DNA of 64,000 nucleotides from NCBI GenBank assembly GCA_963842525.1, contig CAWJGT010000001.1, positions 192,001-256,000 on the forward strand, read 5' to 3'. The DNA comes from an uncultured Holophagales bacterium (lineage in GTDB: Bacteria; Acidobacteriota; Thermoanaerobaculia; Multivoradales; UBA5704). Position numbers and translations under genes: made by a program. Of this stretch, positions 1 through 9,512 are shown one piece after another. How positions within the stretch are numbered: the first letter of the stretch is position 1; every line of letters starts with the position of its first letter. The notes below the pieces were generated by a model. The model had not been told where the DNA came from and did not search any database. It was given only the letters and a program-made list of their open reading frames with translations.

Positions 1-1
1 G

Positions 2-2203
2 GCGAACGACGCCGGTCATCACGATCGGGCCCTGCGCCTGGCGGTCCTCGCTGCGCACGAAGGCTGGCTTTCCCCCGCGGCACCGGAGGCCGAAGCGCAA
101 CTCGCCCGGGCAGCGCACGCATCCTCGTTGATAGCGCAGACCCGGCACATTGTCGGGGTAGACTCAGCGTCATTCAGTCCCGACGGCCGGTGGGTGGTGA
201 GCGCCTCCTCGGACAGCGCGCGCGTGTGGGACGCGGCGACGGGAAAGGTCGTCTTCGAGGTTAACGCCGATGTTATGAATTCGATTTCGACCGCATTCTT
301 GAGTCCTGATGGCCGGCGAGTGGTGAGCAGCTCTTTTCTCGGCGCGGTGCGTGTTTGGGACGCGGCAACGGGGAAGGCCCTCTCCGAGGTGAAAAACGCC
401 GACGGGAGGCCCCTCTCGTTCAGTCTGGACGGGCGCCGGGGGGTCAGCGCCTCTTTAGACGGCACAGTGCGTGTGTGGGATGCGGCGACGGGCCAGACCT
501 TTGCCGAAGTGAAGCACGAAAAGTTGGTAAAAGTGGCTTCGTTCAGCCGGGACGGGTCTCGGGTGGTCAGCGCTTCTTTAGACGGCATAGTGCGTGTGTG
601 GGACGCGGCGACGGGCAAGACCTTTACCGAAATGAGGCACGATAAGTTGGTAACCTCCGTTTCGTTCAGTCGAGACGGGTCTCAGGTGGTCAGCGCTTCT
701 TTGGACGGCACGGTGCGGGTATGGGCCGCCACAACGGGGAAAGTCCTCAGCGAGGTGCGTTACCATGGGACGAGCACCTTCGCCTTTTTCAGTCCGGATG
801 GGTCTCGGGTAGTCGGCGCTTCAGAAGATGGCACAGTGCGGATATGGGATGCGGCAACGGGAGAGCCCTTGGCTGAGGTGAAGCATGATGGAAGCGTGAG
901 CGCCGCATCGTTTAGCCTGGACGGTCGGTGGGTGGTCAGTGCTTCTGAGGATGGGGCGGTACGTGTGTGGGATGCGTCAACGGGAAGGACCCTGATCGAG
1001 GTAAAGCATGATGCGAGGGTAAACTCCGCATCGTTCAGCCCGGACGGGAAGTGGGTAGTCAGTGCTTCTGAGGATGGTACGGCGTGTGTGTGGAGTGCGT
1101 CGCCGGGGAGTCCCCTGGCCGAGGTGAAGAACTCTTCCGCAATGCTGTCGGTGACGTTCAGTCCGGACGGCAGGAGCGTGGTAAGTGGCTCCGATGACGG
1201 CACTGTGCGTGTGTGGGACGTGGTGACGAGGAAGCCCTTGGCCGAGGTGAAGAACTCTTCCGCAGTGCTTTCTGTGTCGGTCAGTCCAGATGGCCAAAGG
1301 GTAGTTAGCGGCGCCAATGACGGCACTGTGCATTTCTGGGACAGGTCGAGACATTCCCTTCGCGAAGCGAAGCACGAGAAGAGAGTGGGTTCTGTCTCTT
1401 TCAGCCCGGATGGCCAATGGGTGGTCAGCGCGGCTGCTTTCGGCACTGTGCGCGTGTTGGATGCAGAGACGGGAAAGTCCATCGCCGAAAACAGGAACCG
1501 GGATTTATTGTTGGTTCGAGCGTTCGCATCGTTTAGTCCAGATGGGCGGCGGGTGGTCAGCGCCGCTGCTTTCGGCACTATGCGTGTGTGGGACGCTAGC
1601 CAGTCCAATGGACAAAGGCAGGCCGACCTGCTGTTAGGCGGGAATGGCCCATCGTCCAGAGGGGGGATAGCCTCACCGATCGATCCAGTGATTTCTGCGG
1701 CGTTCAGCCTGGATGGCCTGAGGATCCTCGGTGTCACCAAGAAAGGTAGAGTGGGCGTGTGGGACGCTGGCGCGGGGAGACTCATTGCCGAAGTGAAAAA
1801 CGACGCTCAAGTGTCCTCCGCGACCCTCAGTCGTGACAATCGAAGAGTGGTTGGCGTGTTTGACGCTTTCGCGAGAATTTGGGACGCTGCCACTGGGCAG
1901 ACCCTCACCGAAATGAAGCACGAACATGAGGTGAATACTGCGTCGTTCAGTCTGGACGGTCGTAGGTTAGTCACTGCTTCGGAGGATCGCACCGCAAGGG
2001 TATGGAACACCCAGTGGCTTGCGCTTCACGGGCAGAATCTAATCGATGCCGTTTGCCGGGAAAAGCTGAACGGTGCGAAAGTCCTCTCATCTCGAGACAT
2101 CGAAGTAGCACCTGTTCTCCGTGGCCGAGAAGGCAAAGAGGTCTGCGCGCCCGCTACCTGGCTAGACCGTCTGAGAGGCTTTCTTGGCGAGCGCACCCAC
2201 TGA
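2..2203 (+). CDS. WD40-repeat beta-propeller protein, C-terminal part (5' end outside window)
   Basis: About 14 repeats of the form ASFSPDGxxVVSASxDGTVRVWDAATG; frame is open from base 2. Confidence 0.92.
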   Translation, partial: ANDAGHHDRALRLAVLAAHEGWLSPAAPEAEAQLARAAHASSLIAQTRHIVGVDSASFSPDGRWVVSASSDSARVWDAATGKVVFEVNADVMNSISTAFLSPDGRRVVSSSFLGAVRVWDAATGKALSEVKNADGRPLSFSLDGRRGVSASLDGTVRVWDAATGQTFAEVKHEKLVKVASFSRDGSRVVSASLDGIVRVWDAATGKTFTEMRHDKLVTSVSFSRDGSQVVSASLDGTVRVWAATTGKVLSEVRYHGTSTFAFFSPDGSRVVGASEDGTVRIWDAATGEPLAEVKHDGSVSAASFSLDGRWVVSASEDGAVRVWDASTGRTLIEVKHDARVNSASFSPDGKWVVSASEDGTACVWSASPGSPLAEVKNSSAMLSVTFSPDGRSVVSGSDDGTVRVWDVVTRKPLAEVKNSSAVLSVSVSPDGQRVVSGANDGTVHFWDRSRHSLREAKHEKRVGSVSFSPDGQWVVSAAAFGTVRVLDAETGKSIAENRNRDLLLVRAFASFSPDGRRVVSAAAFGTMRVWDASQSNGQRQADLLLGGNGPSSRGGIASPIDPVISAAFSLDGLRILGVTKKGRVGVWDAGAGRLIAEVKNDAQVSSATLSRDNRRVVGVFDAFARIWDAATGQTLTEMKHEHEVNTASFSLDGRRLVTASEDRTARVWNTQWLALHGQNLIDAVCREKLNGAKVLSSRDIEVAPVLRGREGKEVCAPATWLDRLRGFLGERTH

Positions 2204-2294
2204 GCGCCGTTTCAAAACCTTGAGGCGGCGACATACCGGATGTCGGCGGGTAGCGAGAACAAGTCGCGAAGGGTCGTCGGGCACTATGCCGGCC

Positions 2295-2623
2295 TCACTC
2301 CCACGGGATATCCGGCATCCGCAGCCGCTCGACCTCCCGCCCCTCTCCCAGGACGGTCGTCTGCAAGATGTCCTCGACATCCTCGACGGTGACCTGCCGG
2401 TACCACAGGTTGTAGGGCCAGACGGCGACCGTGATGCCCTGGCTGCAGTGCTTGAGGCAGCCGGTGCGGTTGACCATGACGTGGTCGCGGATGCCCAGCT
2501 CTTTCACCCGGTCCTTGAAGCGGTGGTAGACGTCTATCGAGCCGCGCGGGCCGCAGCTCGGCTTGGCCGAGCTCGGGGGCGCTCGTTGGTGCAGACGAGG
2601 ATCTGGATCTGGGGCTTCGGCAT
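2295..2623 (-). CDS. Thioredoxin-like (2Fe-2S) ferredoxin, with a one-base frameshift in the C-run near 2578 (probably a sequencing error)
   Basis: MPKPQIQILVCTNERP joins (P)SSAKPSCGPRGS...RTGCLKHCSQGITVAVWPYNLWY when one base is restored. Confidence 0.85.
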
Positions 2624-2677
2624 GGCGGGATCATATCCGAGCGGGTCCGGTAGAATGCCCGGGCCTGGAGACGCCCC

Positions 2678-3082
2678 TTGCCCAGCCGCTTCGCCCTTAC
2701 GCTGCTGGCGCTCTGCGCGCCGGCGACCCTGCTCGCGTTCTGCGTGGACGCCGCGCCCCTGCGGTGGATCGCGGGACTGGCGGTCGCGGTCTTTCCAGCG
2801 GCCCTCATGGCCCTGGGCGCCGGCAGCCGGCCGCGCTGGCTGCCGGCGGTTTTCATCCTCCTGGGGATCCTCCTGGCGACGGGTTTCCTGCTCCTTCTTG
2901 CGTTGCCCCGGGGGGGACCCGACGTGGGCGGGCTCCCGCTCGGCACCGCGCTGATGCTGTTCGGGTTGGTCCCGGTCCCCTTCGCCCTTGCCTGTTGGGC
3001 CTATATCGCCGGCTTCGATCGCTGGCTGCGGGACGAGGACCTGGAGCGGCTCCGCCGGCTGCGCGACGGTGGGGAGGCCTGA
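2678..3082 (+). CDS. Small integral membrane protein upstream of the symporter
   Basis: About 4 hydrophobic segments; stop lies 1 nt before the symporter GTG. Confidence 0.7.
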   Translation: MPSRFALTLLALCAPATLLAFCVDAAPLRWIAGLAVAVFPAALMALGAGSRPRWLPAVFILLGILLATGFLLLLALPRGGPDVGGLPLGTALMLFGLVPVPFALACWAYIAGFDRWLRDEDLERLRRLRDGGEA

Positions 3083-3083
3083 C

Positions 3084-4619
3084 GTGCCTCTCCTCGACCG
3101 GCCGCTGATCGCCGTCTCGGCGCTCGTCTATCTCCTGGTCACACTCGCCATCGGCGTCTGGTCAGTGCGGCGGACGCGGACCCCTCGCGATTTCTGGATC
3201 GCCGGGCAGGGGCTGGGGGTGCTGGTCACCGGGCTGGTCACCATGGCGGCGGCGTTCAGCGGCTTCGTGTTCCTGGGGGGGCCGGGGCTGACGTATCGGA
3301 TGGGCCTCACGTCGCTCTTCATCAACCTGCCGATCGGATTCACCTCCGCCCTGCTGGGCTGGGCCGTGGCGAAACGTCTGCGCCTCCTCGCCGAGGTGCG
3401 TGAGGTCTATACGGTCCCGGACGCGATCCTCTGCCGGTTCGGCAGCCGGTTGACGTCGGGCACGGCGGCCGTGGCGATCCTGGTGGGGACGGTCGGCTAT
3501 CTCGGCACGCAGCTCCTGGCTCTCGGACGGCTCCTCGAAACCGTGCTCGGCTTGCGCGGCCTCGCAGGCGGCTGGAGCCTCGCAGCCGGCGTGGCCATCG
3601 GCCTCGGCGTCCTCCTCTTCTACAGCGTCGCAGGGGGGATGATCGCCGGGGTGTACACCGACGTGTTCCAGGGCACCTTGATGATCCTGGCCGCCTGCAC
3701 CATCTTCTACTACGCCATGGAGGCGGGGGGTGGCCTGGGATCGATCGCGGCGAGCATCGCCGGCTCGGAGCGGTTCGGCCGGGCCTTCCTGGAGCCGTTC
3801 GGCACGACGCCGGTCCTCACGGCCCTGGGCTTCTATTTCGTCTTCGGGGTCGGCGTGCTCGGCCAGCCGCACATGCTTCACAAATTCTTCATGCTGAAGG
3901 ACCCGCGGCGCCTCAAATGGCTGCCGGTGACCCTCGGCGCCTCCCAGATCCTCTGCCTGCTGATCTGGTTCGGCGTGGGGATCGCGGTGCCGGCGCTGGT
4001 GGCCCAGGGCAAGCTCCCTCCTCTGGCTCAGCCGGACGACGCTGCGCCGGCCTTCCTCCTGCGGTTTGCGCCGGAGGCCGTGACCGGGCTGGCCATCGCG
4101 GGCATCCTGGCGGCAATCATGTCCACGGCGGACTCCTTCATGAACATCGGGGCCGCCGCGCTGGTGCGCGACCTGCCGCGGGCGTTCGGGAAGCGGACGG
4201 CGGACGAGCTGCTCTGGGGCCGGATCGCGACGGTGGGCGTCACCCTGGCCGCCGCCGGGCTGGCCTTCCTCTATGGCGACCTGATCGCCTTGCTCGGCAC
4301 GTTCTCCTTTGGCACGTTCGCTGCCGCGCTGGCGCCCGCGCTGGCCGTGGGGCTCAACTGGAAACGGGTGCCGGCCGTGGCGGCGACGGCGTCGATCGCG
4401 GTGGGAACGGTCCTCAATGTGGGTCTCGAATTCCTGGGGCGGCAGACCTTCTTTCCTTCCTGGCCGAAGCCGCCGCTGCCCCCCGGCGCTCTTCCCACGG
4501 CCGTCTCTCTCGCCGCCTCGTTCACGGTGCTGTTCGCCGTGACCGCCTGGGTGGGCCGGCGCGGAGAGGCTGCGATTCCATCCATCCCCCCCGACATCGC
4601 TGCGGTGATGGAGGTCTGA
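3084..4619 (+). CDS. Sodium:solute symporter (PutP/PanF-like)
   Basis: DFWIAGQGLG, SGFVFLGGPG, GGMIAGVYTDVFQG, GQPH, AAIMSTADS motifs; about 13 TM segments. Confidence 0.92.
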   Translation: MPLLDRPLIAVSALVYLLVTLAIGVWSVRRTRTPRDFWIAGQGLGVLVTGLVTMAAAFSGFVFLGGPGLTYRMGLTSLFINLPIGFTSALLGWAVAKRLRLLAEVREVYTVPDAILCRFGSRLTSGTAAVAILVGTVGYLGTQLLALGRLLETVLGLRGLAGGWSLAAGVAIGLGVLLFYSVAGGMIAGVYTDVFQGTLMILAACTIFYYAMEAGGGLGSIAASIAGSERFGRAFLEPFGTTPVLTALGFYFVFGVGVLGQPHMLHKFFMLKDPRRLKWLPVTLGASQILCLLIWFGVGIAVPALVAQGKLPPLAQPDDAAPAFLLRFAPEAVTGLAIAGILAAIMSTADSFMNIGAAALVRDLPRAFGKRTADELLWGRIATVGVTLAAAGLAFLYGDLIALLGTFSFGTFAAALAPALAVGLNWKRVPAVAATASIAVGTVLNVGLEFLGRQTFFPSWPKPPLPPGALPTAVSLAASFTVLFAVTAWVGRRGEAAIPSIPPDIAAVMEV

Positions 4620-4620
4620 C

Positions 4621-5520
4621 ATGGACCGAGACCCGAACGTCCGTTTCCTCGTCAATCCAGCGGCCGGGCGCGGCGCGGCCCGCGACTGCATCGACCGCCT
4701 CCGCGTTCTGGCGTCCCAGGCGGGCGCCGGCCTGGTGATCACCCGTAGGGTGGGCGACCTCGCCGAGCAGGCCCGCAAGGCGGCCGAGGACGGGGTCGAG
4801 CGGCTGCTGGTCGTCGGCGGGGACGGCACGGTGCATCAGGCGATCCAGGGGCTGGCCAACACCTCCTGCGCCCTGGGTGTGGTGCCGTTGGGCTCCGGCA
4901 ACGACCTTGCCGCGACGCTGGGAGTTCCCCGCGACCTCGAGGTGGCGGTCCGACAGGCGCTGATGGGACCGCTCCTGTGGATGGATCTGCTCCGCCTGGG
5001 GGAGACCTTCTCCGCCAGCTACTTCGGGCTCGGCTTCGACTCGGAGGTGACCCGGGTCGCGAATCAGGTGAAGCGGCTGCGCGGGCCGCTCATCTACCCG
5101 TATGCGGTCTTCCGCACCCTCGCCTCCTTCGAGCCGCCTTCCTTGAAGATCGTCCACGACGAGGGCACCTTCGAAGGGCGCGTGATGTTCACAACGGTGG
5201 CCAACATCCCCCGCTTCGGAGGGGGCATGCAGATCGCCCCCATGGCCGACTTCGACGACGGCCTGCTGGACCTGGTGATCGTCAAGGCGATCTCCAAGCT
5301 CAAGCTGCTCACGGTTTTCCCCAAGGTCTACGGCGGGAAGCACGTCGGCCATCCGGCCGTGACCTTCGCCCGTACGCAACGGGTGGAGATCACGGCCGAT
5401 CGGGAGTTGGAGATTTATGGCGGCGGCGAGCCGGTGCGGCCGATTGCGGCGGGAGAAACTGCCGTCGTGGAGGTCGTGCCGGGTGGGCTGCGGGTGGTAG
5501 GTCGCCCCTCACCCCCCTGA
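4621..5520 (+). CDS. Diacylglycerol kinase family lipid kinase (YegS/BmrU-like)
   Basis: NPAAGRG, GGDGT, PLGSGNDLA, FGGGM..AP.A..DDGLLD. Confidence 0.92.
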   Translation: MDRDPNVRFLVNPAAGRGAARDCIDRLRVLASQAGAGLVITRRVGDLAEQARKAAEDGVERLLVVGGDGTVHQAIQGLANTSCALGVVPLGSGNDLAATLGVPRDLEVAVRQALMGPLLWMDLLRLGETFSASYFGLGFDSEVTRVANQVKRLRGPLIYPYAVFRTLASFEPPSLKIVHDEGTFEGRVMFTTVANIPRFGGGMQIAPMADFDDGLLDLVIVKAISKLKLLTVFPKVYGGKHVGHPAVTFARTQRVEITADRELEIYGGGEPVRPIAAGETAVVEVVPGGLRVVGRPSPP

Positions 5521-5563
5521 CCCCCCTCTCCCATCCGCACTCACACCCACCGGGAGAGGGGGG
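5505..5563 (+). repeat. CCCTCACCCC..CCCTCTCCC-loop-GGGAGAGGG palindromic repeat spanning the kinase stop codon
   Basis: Same family as the copies at 19914, 23787, 43018 and 62652. Confidence 0.8.
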
Positions 5564-5571
5564 AAAAGTCT

Positions 5572-5940
5572 CTAGGGTGCGACCTTGAACTCCACGCCCT
5601 GGGCCAGCGGGAGGTCGGCGCCCCAGTTGATCGTGCAGGTCTGCCGGCGCATGTAGGCCTTCCAGGAGTCGGAGCCCGCCTCGCGTCCGCCGCCGGTCTC
5701 TTTTTCGCCGCCGAAGGCGCCGCCGATCTCAGCTCCCGATGTGCCGATGTTGACGTTGGCGATGCCGCAGTCGCTGCCGGTCGCCGCCAGGAAGCGCTCG
5801 GCGTGCCGCATGTTGAGCGTGAAGATCGCCGAGGAGAGCCCCTGCGGCACGCTGTTGTGGATGCGGATGGCCTCGTCGAGGTCGTCGAACTCGAAGACAT
5901 AGAGGATCGGCGCGAAGGTCTCCTCGCAGGTGATCGGCAT
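5572..5940 (-). pseudogene. Duplicated 3' fragment (122 codons) of the aldehyde dehydrogenase at 10953-12494
   Basis: Nearly identical to 10953-11321; differences are mostly synonymous. Confidence 0.93.
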
Positions 5941-6194
5941 CTGCCGTCAGCGCCCAGTCCTCTCCGGCGCTCCTCAGGAAGACCATGATGGCCTTTCATG
6001 AGCTTCGCTCCTCCTCCGGCGCAGACTAGAGGAGCGAAACTTACAGAAGCATTACAGTGGAGCCGGACCGATCCCTCGGTGGCTGCGGGCATGTGAGCAG
6101 GAAACGTGAAAAAGGCCGCACCTGCTCGATTCACAGAGCATTGGGCCGCTGCCTCTGAATTTCACCACCAGTGCGATCCAGAGAAGGCGAAAAA

Positions 6195-6408
6195 AGGCCC
6201 CGGAGGGGCCCATGGCATGTAGCCCGGGGCCAGAGCGAGGAACGAGCGGCGGCCCCGGGTCTGGAAACGAAAATATTCCCAAGCCCCGGAGGGGCGGCAG
6301 CAGACCGATAAGGCACAGGCTTGCTGCCGCCCCTCCGGGGCTTGAAGATTTTTGGGCCTCTCTACCCGGGGCCGCCGCTCGTTCCTCGCTTTGGCCCCGG
6401 GCTACACG
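6195..6408. repeat. REP/REPIN-like nested inverted repeat (long hairpin)
   Basis: Outer arms about 6219-6260 / 6364-6405 and inner arms about 6280-6302 / 6322-6344 are near-perfect reverse complements; GCCCCGGAGGGGC cores. Confidence 0.85.
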
Positions 6409-6441
6409 CCTGAGCCTCTCTAAGGCTCTTTTTTTGCAACA

Positions 6442-6656
6442 ACCGTCTTCACTCACGACCTCGACTTCGGCCACCTGCTCGCGCTCACGCATGCTGCCGG
6501 CCCCAGCGTTATCCAGGTCCGAGCCGAGGACGTGTTGCCCGCGAGCATCGGCTCGGTCGTCCTCCGCGCATTGCGCCAGCACCACGAGCTATTGGCATCA
6601 GGGCGCTTGTAGTCATAGAGCCTGCCGATTTCAGAGTCCGTATCCTACCAATCTAA
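6442..6656 (+). pseudogene. 5'-truncated DUF5615-like PIN-domain toxin remnant
   Basis: TVFTHDLDFGHLLALTHAAGPSVIQVRAEDVLP...(frameshift)LVVIEPADFRVRILPI*; no start codon. Confidence 0.75.
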
Positions 6657-6672
6657 AGTCAATCTCCTTTGC

Positions 6673-6733
6673 CGCCGAACGTGGTTGGTGCTCACCGGCG
6701 GCGTCAGCCGTCCCCTGCATGCCCTGGTAGGCG
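6673..6733 (-). mobile_element. Degenerate attC-like site
   Basis: Minus strand CGCCTACC...GTTCGGCG, 14 nt after the 6748 stop; left box is complementary to the cassette start GTTAGGCG. Confidence 0.55.
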
Positions 6734-6747
6734 ATCGGTTGAGATAT

Positions 6748-7305
6748 TTACATTGGTCTTAGGTCCTCGGGACCATTGACTGCCATTCCGATGGCGAAAA
6801 GCTGCGCCGAGCGTTCGCCGGCCAGTTTGGCGAGCGATGGGTTTTGCTTAAGGTCACGGCAGAACTGGTTCGCGGCATCATGAATAGCCTCGAGGAGCGT
6901 TGTTAAAGGTACAACTACGATACTGGCGGCTTCACCTGAGCCTGCCAATAAGCGATGCATGGTGGGCTCGTCCTCGGGTGTTCCGACGAGGAAGATACGC
7001 CGCGCTTGAGCCGACTCGCTGTAGCGAGACCGTGGGGATTGCGTGTGAAGCAACCCACAACGGAAGGCGTAGAGTTCGAGTGACGTACAGGCTAGATTTG
7101 AGAGTGGGTGGAGATATGCGTCGCACCAAGCGACGAAATGCTCCGGTTTAACCTTCGGAGCGCTCAAAGGCCGGGACAGCCACGCCATGGTGTCGATGGC
7201 CATGAGAGAGAGTGAGAGCGCCGGCAGCCATTTCCCGGATCTGCTACAAAGTTCAGAGCCATCGATGAGATCTAGGATCCGATCTTCTGCAGTCTGAAGG
7301 GACAT
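6748..7305 (-). CDS. Cassette-borne hypothetical protein with HEPN-like RxxxxH motif
   Basis: Helical protein with AIDTMAWL and LYAFRCGLLHTQS; lower GC than the backbone. Confidence 0.75.
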   Translation of the reverse strand: MSLQTAEDRILDLIDGSELCSRSGKWLPALSLSLMAIDTMAWLSRPLSAPKVKPEHFVAWCDAYLHPLSNLACTSLELYAFRCGLLHTQSPRSRYSESAQARRIFLVGTPEDEPTMHRLLAGSGEAASIVVVPLTTLLEAIHDAANQFCRDLKQNPSLAKLAGERSAQLFAIGMAVNGPEDLRPM

Positions 7306-7320
7306 GATTATTTACCCGGT

Positions 7321-7394
7321 CGCCTAACCACTGTTGCTGCTCAGCAGCCAGGAAGCGAAGCTTTCTGGTCCGCTGGAGCAGCCTGGGTAGAAGG
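7321..7394 (-). mobile_element. attC-like site
   Basis: CCTTCTACC..GCTGCTCCAGC..GCTGAGCAGC..GTTAGGCG; imperfect palindrome with one unpaired base, between two tightly packed ORFs. Confidence 0.7.
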
Positions 7395-7402
7395 TGCGCC
7401 AC

Positions 7403-7918
7403 TCATTGGTACGCCTTCCACACTCGTGCAGACAGAAGGAGCAGGAAACCAAGCATGAGGAGGTAGTACCGAACCGCATACCAGCGTTCGGCTTTCTTGC
7501 CGATGTCCTTCTCAACTGTCCTGGCGATCTCCAAGATCGTCTGCCGATTCTCGAGCAAGGCCCCGATCTTCTCAACATTCATGACCTCGCCAGTATCGGA
7601 GTCGGCTACGGGAATGCCTCCTTGCAGCGCCGTCGAAAGTCTCTCGACAGACTCCAGGTTTTTGAGTTTCTCGACGCCGACACGCTGAAGGTGCACAGTG
7701 GACTCAATTCTCTTGAATGCAGCAAACGCGGCGCCCACGAGCGTCAGCATGGCTACTAGCTCTAAAGTCGTTGAATTCCAGCCCAGTTTGGCCGGCTGGA
7801 GCATTGGCGCTAGGTACCCCAACACAGCGGTGGATAGACCTGCCATGAAGTAGTCGAACTTCTCGGCTGAGTCTCGCCAGAACTCGTAAGCTCGGTTGCT
7901 CCCATTCTCGGTCATCAA
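7403..7918 (-). CDS. Cassette-borne hypothetical membrane protein (about 3 TM)
   Basis: Two N-terminal hydrophobic helices, coiled middle, C-terminal TM; AGGAG SD upstream. Confidence 0.8.
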   Translation of the reverse strand: MMTENGSNRAYEFWRDSAEKFDYFMAGLSTAVLGYLAPMLQPAKLGWNSTTLELVAMLTLVGAAFAAFKRIESTVHLQRVGVEKLKNLESVERLSTALQGGIPVADSDTGEVMNVEKIGALLENRQTILEIARTVEKDIGKKAERWYAVRYYLLMLGFLLLLSARVWKAYQ

Positions 7919-8709
7919 TTGCTCCTAGCCCTAGCCCAGCCCGCGCCTTCTAACCTCATCGTGAACTTCTACCCACCCCGCCGGCAGTTTGCCTCGGGCC
8001 TGCTTCCGGCTTCCAAATCCGCGGGAACGAGGTGCATCGCCATGCCTCTATGTGCTTTACCTAATTATACTTAGGGCAAGCCTACGTTGTTCCACGATTT
8101 TCGTCAATGGCTCAGTGATTGGCCGCCTATGGGAGTCGGGCCATAGATGGCCCGGTTTGCTTTGGAATTGGGAGAGCGGTGCGTGCGGCTCCGGGGTTGG
8201 AAGGCGCTGCTGCCAAAGAGCTTACAGGCATCGGCCCCACCTCTGGGGCGGCGGCATGGACGGTCACCGGCCGACCGCCCATGCCGCAGGGGACTGGTTT
8301 TACGCAAAGACTTCCAGAGAGTTGAGGCGGACAGGCGCAGCCCTCTTGACATCCTGCCTTCCTCATCCCTATCATGTGCTGCGGGTCGATTTCGATCCAG
8401 AGTATCATCAAAGACCGATGAGGAACGAGAGGAGAGAAGAGAATGACTGAATTCGCCTATGTAGGGACGCTGGGAGCACTGCCGTGGCTCATCGCCGCGC
8501 TGGCAGGCATGTGCGTCCGCAACGAGGCGATCCAGGCAATTCCTTCAGGAGCAGCCCTTCCGTGGCCGCAACCGCGCCAGCAGCGCTGCAATGCCGTCGT
8601 CTGTTCCCGCCACTTCCGCAGTCGATCTGCTGGGGCTCCGTTCCCCCAAAGCCAGGCGGCGGCGCAGCGGCGCAGCGGCGCAGCATCCCTCCGGCTGCAG
8701 GCAATCAGC

Positions 8710-9200
8710 CCGTATCCACTGCAGAGACCGTTACCGGCGCCAGCGTAAGTCTTCCGGCGCGGATCAGCGTATCCGCTACAGCTCAGCGTATCCGCCGCAG
8801 AGAACGCTATCCGCCGCAGATACCCTTATCCGCCGCAGATACCCTTATCCGGCGTAGATAGCGTTATCCAGCCCAGATAAGCTTATCCAGCCCAGATAAC
8901 GCTATCTGCGGCGGATAAGCGTATCTGCCGCAGATAAGCTTATCCAGCGCAGATAACACTATCCGCCGCGGATAACGTTATCCGCGGCGGATAAGCTTAT
9001 CCGGCCCAGATAAGGCTATCTGCCGTAGATAAGCTTATCTGCCGTAGATAACGCTATCCGCCTCGGATAAGCTTATCCGCCGCAGATAAGCTTATCCGGG
9101 CCAGAATAAGCTTATCCGGCGTAGATAAGCTTATCCGCCGCAGATAACGCTATCCAGCGCGGCCAGGCTTATCCGGAACAGATAACATCCTCTGCCGTAG
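8710..9200. repeat. 19-bp tandem palindromic minisatellite, about 25 units, consensus GCTTATCCGCCGCAGATAA
   Basis: Direct reading; TTATC-N7-GATAA with GATAAGCTTATC junctions; units decay at the edges. Confidence 0.95.
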
Positions 9201-9292
9201 ACACGCCTATCCATGCCGTCCAAGCTCATCCGTGCCGCTGCAAGCTTATCTGGAGAAGCTACCGAAATCGTGCCGGGAGAGCACCGGTTGAA
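9173..9292. repeat. 120-bp direct repeat, copy 1 (copy 2 at 10812-10931, just downstream of ALDH)
   Basis: agataacatcctctgccgtagacacgcc...gggagagcaccggttgaa present at both sites with few mismatches. Confidence 0.93.
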
Positions 9293-9415
9293 GGTGCCGA
9301 CCGCGGCGAAAACGACGGCGCGCAGGGCGAGGTCGGCGTCGTCCATGACCAGGATGCCGTTGTTGCCGCCGAGCTCCAGGAGGGCGCGGTCGAGGCGGTC
9401 GGCCAGGACCTTGCC
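9293..9415 (-). pseudogene. Internal ALDH fragment (copy of 11604-11732)
   Basis: GKVLADRLDRALLELGGNNGILVMDDADLALRAVVFAAVGT; 6-nt deletion relative to the gene. Confidence 0.9.
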
Positions 9416-9461
9416 CCCTTGCCGCAAAGTCCGCAAAGAGCTAGCTCTCCGAGGCCTTGCA

Positions 9462-9506
9462 TGTAGCTACAGGGGACTTGACGCCGGATCTTTTTGTAGC
9501 TACATT
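9462..9506 (+). promoter_or_regulatory. brnTA promoter with two palindromic operators
   Basis: TTGACG(9478)-17 nt-TACATT(9501); TGTAGCTACA at 9462-9471 and 9495-9504. Confidence 0.75.
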
Positions 9507-9512
9507 CGGCGC

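Noticed and set aside
7989-8748. Short ORFs as an integron integrase remnant or real genes
   Set aside because: No tyrosine recombinase motifs or recognisable family; 8443-8748 has an SD-like sequence but no other support.
8710-9200. CRISPR array
   Set aside because: Variable parts are only about 7 nt and related to each other; no unique spacers and no cas genes.
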